Origin: Mobula hypostoma
Lineage: Eukaryota
Reading direction: 5' to 3'
Assembly (NCBI RefSeq): GCF_963921235.1
Contig: NC_086097.1
Location: forward strand, 193,132,001-193,196,000
Length of the DNA stretch: 64,000 nt
Numbering within the stretch: the first letter of the stretch is position 1; each line of letters begins with the position of its first letter. The notes below the pieces were generated by a model. That model did no database searches, was not told where the DNA came from, and saw nothing but the letters and a program-made list of their open reading frames with translations. Made by a program: the position numbers and the translations under genes. Below, piece after piece: positions 39,868 to 54,623 of this stretch.

Positions 39868-40741
39868 CAAGTTGAGTACCCCGATACAAAATGCTCGATG
39901 CCGGAAACGTTTTGGATTTTGGAAAATATAATGAAGTAGCTTGGGATCACCATCAGTTTCAAATCTGAATTAAGTCTTTGTCTTACACTTGTTCATTGCA
40001 CGTATGTACTTAACAGTAAAAGTTATTACATGCTATTAATATAATTAAAATTTAATGTGTGCAGGGTAACAAAAACAGCGCAGTAGCATCAGGAAAGAAT
40101 ACTTGAATCAGCTGTTGAGCAATAAACAATGGCAGGTTTTCACTGCTGTTTTGCCTGTTTTGATTAAAAGGTTATTGTACACTATATTTGTATTTTACTT
40201 TGTTTTGATGTCTTACATAAAACCTAAAAAAAGTTAGCAATGTAGATTTCTTCTGCTGCTAGATTTTCATCAGAAACAACCTTCACAAACCCATCAATGA
40301 ATTTCTCTGCTGCTTCATGATCAGCAGATACTATCTTTAAAATGTAATGCCTTACCTTTTCTTAAATTTCTGTAATCAGCCTGCTGAATATTCACAATTC
40401 CCTTCAAATTTTAGTTTGTCTTTATAGATCTTTGCTTGTTTTCCGATTGGCATACCGTTATGTGGCATATGTTCACTCCGATGCTGACAAATCCATTCTT
40501 ACAATATGCATTCAAGATCTTCATTTTTCATTTCATGCATTTTTATTATTTCACATTAACATCTGTTCATTACCTATGTGATGTTACTTTTCAAAACTGT
40601 CTCTGATGCACAGAGACCTGTGGTAATTTTCCCAGCACCTTGTGGGACTTTCCATTTATGATGTCTTGTCAGTGTTCTAAAGAATTTAAAATATTGGAGG
40701 TTTTCAGATTATGGAATTTCCAATAAAGGGTACTCAGCCTG
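39868..40741. mobile_element. Non-autonomous Tigger/pogo-like DNA transposon
   Basis: TIRs caagttgagtacccc ... gggtactcagcctg followed by TA; subterminal ttttggattttggaa resembles Tigger4/MER46-type ends. Confidence 0.65.
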
Positions 40742-42210
40742 TATTTAAGTAATCAAGTCTTTAGTTCACCAAGAACAAAATAACAGGGCAGTAAGTTCTC
40801 TTATAGTAATAGTCATTTATGACTGAGGGAGCTGCAGAATTTCAAAGAATAGGTACTATAGAAGAGATGCGTTTTCAGATCTGAGGGTAAAGTGGGAATG
40901 AGTTTGCATCTTCAGAATTAGTCTTTCCTTGTGAAAAGTACAAAACTAAGGAGGAAGTAGCTTATGTGTAAACCACTCTAAGAACAGGGCAGCAATAGAG
41001 GAATAAGTTTAACATTTTTATCAAAATTGAACCCGTAATAATTTTTTAGTATTGTGGTTTGGCAAAGTATGCACTCCGTCATTTCTTTTTAGCATGCTAG
41101 TGATAAGAAAACGTAATGAGCTGTCAGATATCCTTTATAGACAATAGACAATAGGTGCAGGAGTAGGCCATTCGGCCCTTTGAGCCAGCACTGCCATTCA
41201 CTGTGATCATGGCTGATTATCCACAATCAGTATCCAGTTCAGTATACAAGCCCAGTCGCTCCAATCTTTCGACATATGACAGTCTTGTCCTTTGCAATGT
41301 TACTGGTACATGGAGTGGCTGGCGTGTGTTCTGAGCCTCAATGGATGATAAAGGACACTATATTTGTATTTTACTTTGTTTTTTATATCTTACATAAAAG
41401 AGCTCAGCTGCTTGTGCTGGGCCGGGTTCTGAGACGTACACTTCACTGGGAATCATATACTAGAAAAAAGCAACAAGTCACAGGGGTAGGCAATCCCGAT
41501 TTTGGAGAAAATAGCTTGTGCATTGTCAGACAGCCATTCTCGATTGATATTTCTTTTCAACCCTCAAACTATTCTCAATCCAGAAAGTAACCTGCAACAT
41601 AGTCTGCGTACACAACAAGTGAACTTCCAGCTTCTCTCGGTCTCTATCCCTGTACTCTTTCGGCATTTCAACTCTGTTTATTTGCTTCCCTGATAAGATG
41701 AAGTAGACCAGATAGAAACAAAAATGAATCAAAGCTCTTGTAATTTTATAGTATTAGGTTCTTTTAACAGATTTTTTTTACATCTTATTTATAAGAAACT
41801 TGAGGGGTTGAATAAATATAAACTCTGGAAAGCACCCTGAAGCTGAAAGCTGGTATTGTCTTTAAATAGGTACTGATGTCCTTCCTCAAATACGTGCAAC
41901 AATTTCTCTGCAAACTATAGTAATGTACTGGACCCAACATTTCCACAAGACTGAAGATCAAAATCTACAGATGCTAGAAATCTGAAATATAAACAGAAAA
42001 TTCCAGAAACATTCAACTGGTTGGGCAGCATCTTTGAAGAAAGGAACAGGGTTGATGTATTGGCCAAAGGTCCTTTGTCAGGGTATTTTATCTGTAATAA
42101 TAACAGTTTCTCTTTTCATAAATGCTGCCTTATCTGCTGACAATGTTTACTGTTTTCACAAATCCCTCTTGTTATAATGCTGAATGCTGATTTCCAAGAA
42201 CAAGAGAGTA

Positions 42211-42880
42211 AGCGAACAAAATGCTGGAGGAACTCAGCAGGTCAGGCAGCATCTACGGAAAGCAATAAACAGTCAACATTTTAGGCCAAGATCCTTCCTC
42301 AGGACTGGAAAGAAAGGGCCAAGAAGCAAGAATGGAAGGTGGGGAGAGGGGGAAGGAGCATAAACTTGAAGGTGATAAGTGAAGCCAGATGAGTGGGAAG
42401 GTGGATGGGTGGGGGAGGGGGAATGAAGTGAGAAACTAGGAGGTGACAGGTGGAGAAGGTCAAAAGGGCTGAAGAAGAAAGAATCGTGTAGGACTGGAGA
42501 GTAGACCATGAGAGAAAAGGAGACAAGCGGGTGAGCCAGAATGGGAAATGGTGGAAGTAGAGGGAAGGGGGAGGGTTAAGAAATTACTGGAAGTTAGAGA
42601 AATCAATGTTCATGCCATCAGGTTCACCCCTCCCTCCTCCACCCACCAACCTACACTGCACCTGGCTTCACTAATACCATCTAGCTAGTGCTCCTTCCCC
42701 TTCCACCAGCCTTCTTATTCTGGCTTCTTCCGCCTTCCTTTCCCGTGCTGATGATGGGTCTCAGCCAGAAACATCAATTGCTTATTCCTTTCCATGGTTG
42801 CTGCCTGACCTGCTGAGTTCCTCGAGCATTTTCTGTGTATTACTCAGGATTTCCAGCGTCTGTGGAGTTTCTTGTGTTCA
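42211..42880. mobile_element. Older, diverged palindrome of Penelope 3' ends
   Basis: Minus-strand 3' end to about 42624 (ORF end gaagttagagaaatcaatgttcatgccatcagg), followed by a plus-strand 3' end with degenerate ctgatga...gaaac and terminal ttccagcgtctg. No TSD confirmed. Confidence 0.65.
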
Positions 42881-43040
42881 AACCATAGGAAAACTACTAA
42901 GGCTACAACATTCTTCACAAATGTTAGGATTCTTGGGAGTGTTGCAGAACACAGGACCCTTGAAGTGCCAGTACAGGAAGCTAATGTGGTTCAGAAGACA
43001 GATGAAATACTAACCTTCATTACTCTGGATGGCATAATGA

Positions 43041-43200
43041 GTGGCACAGTAGCATAGTGCTATCAGAGCATCAGTGACGCAGGTTCAATTCCCATCACTG
43101 CCTGTAGGGAGATTGTCTGTTCTCCTGTGACCACATGGGTTTCCTCCAGGTCCTCCAGTTTCTTCCCACATTCCAACCTACAAGTTAGTAAGTTTTGTTT
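43041..43200 (+). mobile_element. HE1/V-SINE-like SINE fragment
   Basis: gtggcacagtagc...ggttcaattccc...gggtttcctccaggtcctccagtttcttcccacattcca. Confidence 0.65.
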
Positions 43201-43419
43201 GCATGGGTGTAATTGGGCAGTGCAAGCTCCCTTTATTTCATGGTCCACTGTCCTATCTGATTCTATCTTTTTCAGCCTTTCACCTATTACCTCCCAGATT
43301 CTTGTATCACGACATTCCTCCTCCTCTCACTTGCCTTTCACCACCACCCCCACCCCTCGCCACCACAGCCAGCGTCCACATATCACCTGCCAGCTCTTGC
43401 TCCCCCTTCCTTTACTTTA

Positions 43420-43925
43420 TTGTTGCCAAACAATTGATACTAGAACGTACAATCATCACAGCGATATTTGATTCTGCACTTCACGCTCCCTGGAGTACAA
43501 ATCGATAGTAAATATTAAAAATTTAAATTATAAATCATAAATAGAAAATAGAAAAGGGGAAGTAAGGTAGTGCAAAAAAACCGAGAGGCAAGTCCGGATA
43601 TTTGGAGGGTACGGCCTAGATCCGGGTCAGGATCCGTTCAGCAGTCTTATCACAGTTAGAAAGAAGCTGTTCCCAAATCTGGCCATATGAGTCTTCAAGC
43701 TCCTGAACTTCTCCCGGAGGGAAAAGGGACAAAAAGTGTGTTGGCTGGGTGGGTCGTGTCCTTGATTATCCTGACAGCACTGCTCCGACAGCGTGCGGTG
43801 TAAAGTGAGTCCAAGGACGGAAGATTGGTTTGTGTGAGGTACTGGGCTGTGTTCACGATCTTCTGCAGCTTCTTCCGGTCTTGGACAGAACAACTTCCAT
43901 ACCAGGTTGTGATGCACCCTAGAAG
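43420..43925 (-). mobile_element. Rex1/Babar-type LINE 3' fragment nested in a Penelope 3' remnant (~43220-44090)
   Basis: GCITTWYGSCSVQDRKKLQKIVNTAQ..IIKDTTHPAN and ARFGNSFF..IRLLN. Confidence 0.7.
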
Positions 43926-45629
43926 AATCACTTTTTTAAACTGGCAGTCTCTCCTCTTTCTTTCTAGTCCTGACAAACATCATGCCAAAATATCAACTGT
44001 CCATTTCCTTCCATGGGTGCTTCCTGACAAGTTGAGTTCATCCAGAATTTGGTGTGTTGCTCCAGATTCCACCACTTGCAGATTTTTACATCCCCTCTGC
44101 AACTCCACAATTTTTGGAATGGTGGGTGACTGCAGAGCCTTGGTATATGTACAAGCTGTACTTCTGCAGGCAACACCTTGGTCCTTGGGTGCAGAAGAAT
44201 ATCAGTGTCAGAAAACAGCACAAGAAATAGATATGATTCCCCTCACCAATTCCCAACCCAAAGCAACCTTCCAAAAAGTCTGTTGTAACATGTGACTTGA
44301 AGCAGAGAAGAATTTCCCAACCTTAATCTGCAAGCATGCTGCCCATTTCATCAGCCATAGTTTCATGTGTTAAAAAGAAAACTGTTAAAAACTCATACAG
44401 TGTTTAGTCAGTATCGCATAAAAATAACAGATAAATGAGAAGTTATACATCTATAAAATGAATGAGGAACATAGTGATGTTGATAACTTTCTGTCACCAT
44501 CAACAGCATAATTATTAAAGTTTATTTAGCTTAATGCCAGAAAGTTTCTTTGTCCTACACATTGCATATGTATCTCCATTTAAGGTTAAAATAGGTCAAT
44601 GTGCTCCACAATAATGATTTGTAGAGATTTTTTTGCTTTCTTCAACCAGTGGAGACCAAAGGCAGTCGGGCATTTTGTTAACCTTTTGTTAAATTGCCTT
44701 TAGTTTGGCCGTTTTTAATTGCAGCGCAGCTGATTTTTCTTGCCTAGCGACTGAGTAATTGATGTTTCAAAAGCAGCTGTATAACTTGTCCTCCAGCAGA
44801 AGCGGTTCCCTTGATGTTTGTTCTACAAACAACCCTTTGCAGATTAGCAAAGTGAGCTGATAAAATGGAAGGAACAAAATTCTAGGACATACTTGCTAAA
44901 CAATCCCATTATGGTTAACATGTTTAGTATCTGTTATAAACTACTGTAAACAGCAGGAATAGGATATTTTTTCACCACCTGCATTTCTGAAAGCATGTGG
45001 GTAGCAGATCCATTGAAGATTTTGAAAACAAATCCTAATTTTCTGCCCATAAGTTATTTCCTGCTCTGTGACTCATGATGGGAGTGGTAGTTCTAATGCG
45101 TTCTTGTGTAATTTGTCAGCTTTGGTGTTTGTTATCAATGCTGTCTGGAAGTTTAGGGTCATCGGTGTTTCAAAATTATGCATCTGGCAGAAATCAAACT
45201 GAAACTGATGAAAAGCATTTCACTGCTTTGTCATCTTACTGCTGAAGCATGTCATTGAAACAGATTCTGCACTTCTTTCTGTCATCTGAGAAGCCACTTG
45301 GGTCAAATTATTAAAACATTCGTCCCATGGCTGCACCCTGTTCCATCGCTGGCATTGTTTAATAGGAATGATACTGAAGAATGTCTTATTAAGGTACAGA
45401 CAATGTGGGGGTAAGAAGCATATGCCTGTGAGTGTATCACACTACGTCAGAAATAAGAGCAATTTTTGTTTGCACATCAAAAAACAAAGTTCAAGTTCAT
45501 TGATAGAGTCATAGAACACTATAGTGCAGAAACAGGCCCTTTGGCCCGTCAGGTCCATGTCGAACTATTTATCTGGCTATCTCATTGATTTGTGCCCAGA
45601 CCATACCCCTCCATTCATGTACTTATTCG

Positions 45630-46095
45630 AAGTTCAAAGTAAAAGTTATTATCAGAGTACATGCATGTCATCACATAGAACCCTGAGATTCTTTTACTGC
45701 GAGCATATTTAGCAAATCTATAGAACAGTAACTGTAAACAGGATCTGTAAACATCAGGAACTGGAAACTGGAAACTAACTGTATAAATGTAGATAATAAA
45801 TAATGAGCATGAAATAACAAGATAAAAGAGTCCTTAAATGAGAGTAGCTATCCCCTTTTGTTCAAGACACTGATAGTTGAGGGGTAGTAACTGTTCTTGA
45901 ACCTGGTGATATGAGTCCTGAGGCACTTGAACCTTCTACCTGATGGCAGCAATGAGAAAAGAGCATGGCCTGGGTGGTGAGGATCTTTGAAGAGCACTGC
46001 TGCTTTTCTACAACAATGTTTCATGTTGATGTGCTCAATGGTTGTGAATGTTTTATCCGTGATGTGCTGAGCCAGTCCACTACCTTTGTATATAG
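45630..46095 (-). mobile_element. Rex1/Babar-type LINE 3' fragment
   Basis: KDPHHPGHALFSLLPSGRRFKCLRTHITRFKNSYYPSTI. Confidence 0.7.
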
Positions 46096-48569
46096 GATTT
46101 CTCTTATGTGTTGAAATCGAATCCACATCCACCACATCTGCTGGCTTCTGTCTCTCTCCCTCCCCGTCTCTCTCCCTCCCCCTCGCTCTTCCCTGTCTCT
46201 CTCCCCACTCCCCCCTCTCCCCCTCTCACACACACACTATCAAATTGTTTAGACATGACTTGCCACACACAAAGCCATGCTGACTATCCCTAATCAGTCC
46301 CTGCCTATCCAAATACTCATATATCCAGTCCCTTAGAATAACTTTCCCACTACTGATGTCAAGTTTACAAGCCTACAGTTTCCCAGTTTATGCTTTAAAA
46401 ACAGAACAACATTAGATTCCTTCGGCACCTATGTCACCATATACAACCCTGAGATTCATTTTCTGTGGGCATACACAGAAAATCCAAAAAACACAATAGA
46501 ATCAATGAAAGACGGCATCCCTCAGAATGAACAAACAAACAATGCGTAAAAGACAACAAACAGACTGTGCAAACACAAAAGAAAAATATATAAACAAATA
46601 AGCAATAAATGCTGTGAACTTGAGATGAAGAGTCCTTGAAAGTGAGTCCGTAAGTTGAGGGAACAGTTCAGTAACGGAGCGAGTGAGGTTGAGTGAAGTC
46701 TCTGTGTCTGTCTCACTATTAAATACAGATGCAAAAAATCTATTTAAGATCTCCCATCTCTTTCAGCTCCATGCACTGATGACCACTCTAATATTACAGA
46801 AGACCAATTTTGTCCCTTTCCATCCTTTTGCACTTAATATATCTATAGAATCTCTTGGGTTTCTCCTTCACCTTGGCTGCTTGAGCAACCTCATGCCTCC
46901 TGATTTCCTTCTTAAGTGATTGATGTTTTCCTCTAATTAAAATCATAGCGTATGGATGCTTTCCACATCACTGTAGAACATTTGGTCCAAAACCAAGACT
47001 TGCATGGATTTCACCTAGTATTCTTGTTGCCAGATCTATCTGCCTATATTCCAGGTTTTATATGAGAACAAACAAATCAATTTTGCGAAGTCCAGGTAAA
47101 TGAAACATGATTGCTAGTTTCAGGTTATCATTAGGATGATTCTTTGATAGTTGATAAAGTAGTTATTATTATCAGGAGATCCCCACAAACTGCTTGAAGA
47201 AAAAAAAATCATGGGGGATGTAAACTGGTGTTTGTTACTTCTGCCATCTCTCCAGCTAGATACTGATCTCTGCAATCCTTGTTTTACAGTCCCTCTGTGT
47301 CCCGAGTGGCTACCAGTTCTGAATTAGCTGATGAGTGGGATCTGGAGACTGACCAGTAATATTTGCTGGGTAGAACTTTCAATGGGCTTTTATGTGGCTC
47401 CCTGATGCCCCTTTCCATTCTGTGTATTCATGAACCAATAATTGTTGCATGGCGGCAAGTTAGATACGTGGTTTCAGAGAGGATTTGGGAATGTACCTGA
47501 ATTATTAGCACCACTCCACTGCCCACACCAACCCCCTATCCTTCTGTAATGTTTTGCCATAACAAAGATCTCATCTGTGATGGATGGCATTATTCATTTA
47601 CAGGCATACACGAAGATTATTTACTTAAACCTTTAAGTTCTTTCTTTATTTTATTAAAAAAACTCTATTAGCTGAACACTAAAGCAATTTTGCAGTGTCA
47701 GCCATACTATACAGTATGATGCAATGCTTCAGTTTAACAGCATAATACTGCGACAGGACAAGCAGATTAAGAAACCTGTCTTTCTGAGGTGTTTGGGGTC
47801 AGGCAGATGAACAATGTGCCCAACAAAGGTGACTAAATGTAATTAACACCTCAGTATTGAAAATATTGTCCTGGGAAAGGGAATTTACATTAACAGGCAT
47901 TTGGAGGATAAGACAGCATTAGTGGCATCTCCACAGTGTTTAGAGATCTATGCCTGTGAAGTATACAGTAGAGTGGGGATTACTGCTGCCTGGTAGAACA
48001 TGTTATTTCTGCCAAATGTGAGGTCTTGATTTTCTTTCTTACTTGGCTAAAGGCTCTATTGATCCATTGGAGGCAGTGTTGAATTTCACCCTTTACTTGA
48101 GTTGTGGCTTCCAAGATATGGGAAGGAGTCCACGTTTTCCAGACTCTCATTGTGATCCTTTATTGTCAGTGGGTATTATTGTAGGGCAGGGGAAAATCGG
48201 TAGAGATCTGTTAAGCAGGTGTTTAGCATAAAGTCCATTCTCTCACACAATTCAGTAAACTAGTAAACAATGATTTGGAATTCCGACTTTGGGCATCTGC
48301 TGGCAACCTGCTAGTGTCATTGGCATACTGTCGCTCAATACCGAGGGTAGTGTGACTTTGATTCTGATGAGAAGGGATGTGGTCTGAAGCTTTGCCTCTT
48401 TGTCCGACAAACTAAATCCTCTCCATCAGGAAGTTTATTGAAGTTGAGGTACAATATTGTAAATGTGTTTCTGAATGGAATCCACAAATTTGAGGGAGCA
48501 TTTCTTTGGCCACAACATGCACATATTAAGGAATGATTTCTTTATGTGTCAAATAGCAAAATTAACTGG

Positions 48570-49490
48570 TAAGTAGTTAATTATTGTGACATATACCATG
48601 ACACAGTGAAAAGCTTTTGTTTGTATGCCTAACAGATCAGACGGATCATTCTATGCATAATACATTGAGAAAGTACAAAAGGGAACAAAGCAGAATACAG
48701 AACATAGTGTTACAGTAACAAAAAAGGTGTAGTACAGGAAGACAGAGTGCAAGAGCCATGACGGAGTAGATGAGACATCAAGGTATCATCTTAATCATAT
48801 GAGAGATCTGTTCAAGTGTGATACACGCTTCCTTGAGCGTAGTAGTACATATCGTATTCTCAACCTTTTGTGTGTTCTGCCCAATGAGAGGTGAGAAGAG
48901 ACAGGGAGGGGTCCTTGATTATGTTGGTTGTTCTCTGAAGGCAGCAGGAAGTGTAGACACAATGGAAGGGAGGCTTGCTTTTTTGATGTACCAGGCTTTG
49001 TTTATAACTCTCTAATTACTTGTGGTCTCGTAAGGAGCAGCTGCCATATCAAACCGTAATGCACTTGGATAGGATGCTTTCCATGGTGGATCTGTAAAAA
49101 TTGGTGATGGTCATCAGGGGCCTGCTAAGTTTCCTTTGCTTTCTGAGGAAGTAGCGGTGCAGGTGTGCTTCCTTGGCAATAGCAGTTTTTACGTGGACCA
49201 TGACAGTAGTTGTTAATATTTGCACCTAGGAAATTGAAGCTCTCAAGACAGTGGTGTACCCTCAGCCCAGCTTCCTGAAGGCAATGATCAACTCTTTAGT
49301 TTTGCTGACATTGAGGAAGTGGTTACTGTCTTCACACAGTGCCCGAGGCTTTCCATCTCCTTGCTGTAATCTGGTTTGTACTTGTTTAAATCCGGCCCAC
49401 TACAGTGGTGTCATCTACAAATTTGTAAATGCAGTTAGAGCAAAATCTGGTCACACAGTCATCAGTGTGTAGGGAGTAAAGGAAGGGGCT
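48570..49490 (-). mobile_element. Decayed Rex-like LINE fragment
   Basis: Reverse complement contains aaatttgtagatgacaccactgtagtggg (KF.DDTTVVG) and a KTKELI..FRK-like segment. Confidence 0.55.
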
Positions 49491-49712
49491 TCTGCACAAC
49501 AGATCATCAGAAACTACTCTGTTGGATGGTCATTAACCTGAAATTACTACTCTGTTTTTCTCTCTGACCTGATGAATCTAGACATGCTGAATGTCTCCAT
49601 CATTTCCAGTTTTTTCTTTCTGTTTCAGCAGCTGCAATCTTTTGTTTGGTTTATGTACTATCTTTTTACAATTGATGTGGATAATGATTTTAAACCAACC
49701 ATTATAAATTCA

Positions 49713-49866
49713 CAAACACGAGGAAATCTGCAGATGCTGGAATTTCAAGCAACACACATAAAAGTTGCTGGTGAATGCAGCAGGCCAGGCAGCATCTCTA
49801 GGAAGGAGTACAGTCGATGTTTTGGGCTGAGACCCTTCGTCAGGACTAACTGAAAGAAGAGCTAGC
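49713..49866 (-). mobile_element. Short Penelope 3'-end fragment
   Basis: Full 3' terminus plus degenerate hammerhead. Probable 8-bp TSD taaattca at 49705-49712 and 49867-49874. Confidence 0.75.
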
Positions 49867-52554
49867 TAAATTCATTTGCATTGCTAGGGGGCGGGGGTGG
49901 GGGAAGCTGTATGTACATGAGGCACACTAGATTTAGCTGTCAGTGGAATTCAGAGGAATTTGACAAGTCTGGATGCCTGCAGCTTTGTTTTGAGCAAGGT
50001 GAGGCAGCCCTCATGGTTTCTGGTTATAAACCTGGGGTGGTGCATATATCGGAGCTTATCAGAAAGGAGTAGCAGCTCACACAATGCAAAGACTTGTAAT
50101 AACTTGCTTCAGACTGCAGCTGTTCATCCTAGCTCTGGGGCCAAGAAACAAATTGAGGCCTTGTATGATTACAGCATAACACATAACCATATCTGTGTGT
50201 GGCCAGTGTGATCAGGTATACTTATAACTTTCAGCATCTTAAAAGTCCCTTAAAGATCAGTTTCCAACAGACTCATTTTTAATCCTACCAGCACACACAA
50301 TGAGTTTGCAGGAATGATGAGGATTGGATGGTAAGGTAACATTACATTAGCTCCTCCTGTTCCCTTAGATGAAATATAAGATTACGGAGCAAGTTGCGAT
50401 TGGATAAATAGGGGACTGCTTTACATACATAACATTCAGCACATTGATGCCGCAGCCCGTGTGGACTAAATATGTAGAAGTTCCTGGCATGTTCTTGCTT
50501 CTCACCCAATATTCATTTGATCTCATTTGGCTTTACCCAATATCAATTCCAGCCCACTGGGCCTGACTTCCAGGCTGCGGAACTTGAACCAACACCAAGA
50601 ACAGATTAAGTTGAGTAACTTTGGTGTGCTCTACACTAAATCTTAACGAGGAGATCGAAGCGAAGTTTTCAAAATTGTGACAGACTTAATGCAGGGAGGG
50701 TGTTTCATCTGGCTGGGGTGTACAAGATGAGGGGATCACAGACCTGGATTACTAGGCTAGTGATTTAGGATTGAGAGGAAGAGAAATTCTTTCTCTCAGA
50801 GGTGGCAAGTCTGAAATCTACTAAAACAGAATTCTGAAGAGACAAGTCACTGAATATTAAGAAGGGAATAATTTTCTCAGCACAAAAGACATCAGTAGGT
50901 ATTGGAAATATGGTAGGGAGATATATGATCAGCCATGATCGTAATGAGAAGCTCAAAAAGTCAAATGGTTTACCTCAGCTGCACTGTTTCTGTTCCCGTA
51001 TGCTGGGCCTAACACGGTAATATTCCAGGCTGTTGGCCCTTTTCACCCCTTTCTATTTCAGGTAGAGACAGTACTACAGAATAAAAATGAGACTGGGATA
51101 GAAAATGATTCGGGCCTCACACTGATCTAGCCAATTCCAGCCTCATTCTTGCTCCCTGCCATTGCATGCCTGACCTTGTCGTAAAATACAATCAGTCTTT
51201 CTATGTCCTTTACAAAAGTTCCCCAGACAGCTGCTGCTAGCTCCAGAAATTATCTCCCATTTCCTCTGTGATCAGAATAGAGCTGCACATGTAAGATCTA
51301 ACATTAATATAATTCAATATTTCATGTTCCATTAACTGAAAATTACAACTTATTTGCCCTGAAATGTTTGATTTGCAGCTGACAACAAATGTGCAGTTTC
51401 CTCTAGCCGCCTCCTCGAGGACAACTACTGGATAATGAGTGTCTTGCAGTGGAAAAACAAACAAGACACCCACACCACTTCAGTAATAATAGCCATCTAC
51501 AGACCTACCAAGAAGCAGTTTGTGTGACTACTGGTCGTCTCAGGATTGCCTGTCTTTTTTTTAAACTCCTCGTATGATCAAGTACAAATTTCAAATGTCA
51601 TACTTTGCGAAATTAAATTCTACAGTGCAAGTTAATTAACTGATCCTTCAAGGAGAATTTTAACTCCCTCCACCTAGATGGCACTCCATGAATACATATA
51701 CATCAAGGTTCAACAATGTATATAGAAGCCAATAGACATTTAAATCCTATACCTGGTAAAATGCCCTTCAGCCATAATCTTTTCAGTAAAACCTGTCACA
51801 CAAGAAGTGGAGGCATTGACAGACAAAAAGAGGATTAGTTTTTGTGGGACCAGAAGCTGTTCTCTCCCTCCCTCAATACTCAAGCAGTGGTTGGGGAGTT
51901 TCTAAATGGCCTTTCTGAGTAAGAAGCTCACCATGCCTGAATTTAAAAATAAACTGGGCTTCTTGCTTGTTCTATGGACTGCCTGCCTAGTAGTTATAAT
52001 TCCCAATAATTTTTCTGCACATCTTCACAATAATGATCTTGCTGCTGTGAGAAGGCTGAGTCCTGTAAAAAAAATATATTAAACAATTGATTATTTGTAA
52101 GATGTAACAATGTATTAACCCTTTTATTATTCAATTCATAAAAAAGAAAGCTTTTTTTAAAATACTCCATTTAATATTTTGGTTCAGTGGAAGAACTCTG
52201 AGACCGATCACAGAAACTAAGCTGACATATTGGTACAGAGCTCTGAGTGTGCTTCCTTTTTGATGAAACTGCTTCTTCATAGAAATATTAAACGTAAGTC
52301 TATTATCTATTTGACAGGTTAAATTTGAATGATGAAGTTTGACCATCTGAAGAAAAGCAGGGAATTCTCCCCATGACATTGCTACATTCATTTCTCAACC
52401 AATACCACTGGGAAAAAGAAGATTGACTTCATTCATCTCATTTGCTATTTGTAGAACCCTAATATATGGGGTCTAGCTGTCAATTGCCTTATAATAACAG
52501 TCCTTCCTCTACAATATAATTGATTGTTTGTAGTGCGGTTTGAAGCAACTGGAA

Positions 52555-53053
52555 CCCTGTGTGTTCTTCAACTGCTTTCGTCCATCCACTTGAAGGTTTG
52601 AGATGTGCACTCTGAGATGCTCTTCTACACACCATAGTTTTAACACGTGGTTATTTGAGTTACTATTGCCTTCCTGTCAACTTGAACCAATCTGACCATC
52701 CTCCTCTGACCCCTCTGATTAACAAGGCATTTTCAGCCACAGATCTGATGTTTACTAGCCGTTCTTGTTTTTCGCACTGTTCTCTGTAAACTCTGGAGAC
52801 TGTTGTGCATGAAATTCCCAGGAGATCAGCAGTTTCTAAGATACGCAAGCCACTTCATATTGCACCAACTATCATTCCATGGTCAAAATCACTTGGGTCA
52901 TATTTCTTCCTCATTCTAATGTTTGGTGTGAACAACAACAGAACCTCTTGACCATGACTGCATGATTTTATGTGTTGAGTTGCTGCCACATGATTGGCTG
53001 ATTGGATATTTGCATTAACAAGCAGGTATACATAATAAAGTGGCCATTGAGTG
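52555..53053 (-). mobile_element. Tc1-like DNA transposon 5' fragment
   Basis: Transposase N-terminus MRKKYDPSDFDHGMIVGA / ETADLLGISCTTVSRVYRE; terminus aataaagtggccattgagtg followed by TA. Confidence 0.75.
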
Positions 53054-54623
53054 TACAGTATGCATAAAGTATGGTAACAACAGTGTAACAAAAATGCATT
53101 AGTCAATTTACGTGAAGCAAACCCCCAGAAGCAATTAAATAAATTGGAAATTATTGGAGATCTGCAGGCCAGACAGCATCTGAAGAGAGAAACAGATCAT
53201 GGATCAAAATCCTTTCATTCAATTTGCTTGCTTCTATTGTTTGCATGATTTATGTTTGTTTTCTCTTTTGCTATACATTGGGTATTGGTCTTTCTATTTT
53301 ATAATTGGGTTCTTTCAGGTTTCTTGCTTTGTGGCTGCCTGTAAACAGACAAATCTCAAGGTTGCTTAATTTATATGTACTTTGATAATAAATGTACTTC
53401 AGAATCTTTGAATTACAGCGCCTCAGTCCATAACAAACCTAGCAGTAATAAGTACCAGTTAATATATTTCTAGTTGTGTTGATTAAAGTGTAAAAACTAA
53501 TCAGGTTATCAAGGATATCACAGAGAGCTTTTAAAAATATACTTTGGATTGGAATGAAACATGGTAACTGTTAATTCCAGGTTACTTTGCATTGCTTTGG
53601 AAATTTGACTGGACACTTTCCAGCATAAGTATTTCATTGCAGACTTGAATCCAGAACCAAACGCACATCAAGTGACATCATTCCTCATTGCAACATTTCC
53701 TTTTTAAATATTAACAGGAAAGTTACATGATTTGTTCAGAGAGTGACTGTTGGCCACTCCTGGGATAACTGCTTATCTCTGACTTTTAGCTGAATCTCCT
53801 GGTCTTGTTCCTTGATAGTTGAGGAAAGCACAAAGGGAAAAATACAGTACCATTTTGGTGTTGGACACCTGAAGTTTACAGTTGGTCAGTCTTGAATGGG
53901 AATGATAATTAATATACTTGTAACAACTATATCATATGTTGATAACTCACTTAACAGTTACACTGAGAAAATAGGTTACTGCACAGAAAAACAAGTTGAC
54001 ATACAGCCTGACAAGTTAAGCAGTTAGCACCAGATGACCATATAATTTAAATTTTAGATTTAAAACATCTTCAAAGTTCAAAGTAAATTTATCAAAGTTC
54101 ATATATGAGACCAAATACAACCCTGAGATTCATTTTCTTACAAGCATACTCAGTAATTCCAAGAACCGTAATAGAATCAATGAAAGACCACACCCAGCAC
54201 GACTGACAAATATCTAATGTGCCAGACAACAAGCTGTGCAAACCTTTATCCAGAGCTTTCTAATCTTCACTTGATTATTTCCAGAGACTAATAAAATGTT
54301 GCACATGGTGATGTCAGGTCTAACTGTCAATATTTCTGCATTCTACGGCCCTGAACCCTAATGTATTTACTTTACATTTCTTAAAATGGCAGATCACACA
54401 CTTACAAGCTTTTTTGCATCGGGGTCAAAAAAAGTCACGTGAAATAATTTTAATTTCCTTTAAAAAGTTTCAATATTCTTTTCATTGAACAAGAAGAGAA
54501 GAGCTATTTACCATTGTCACAGTTAACTAATTTTCCATTGTTTGATGAAGACATTAGGTACTATTACATTTACTGATGGGGCTTAGAAGATATCTGACAT
54601 TCTGCTTTTGTCTGTTTAACCAG

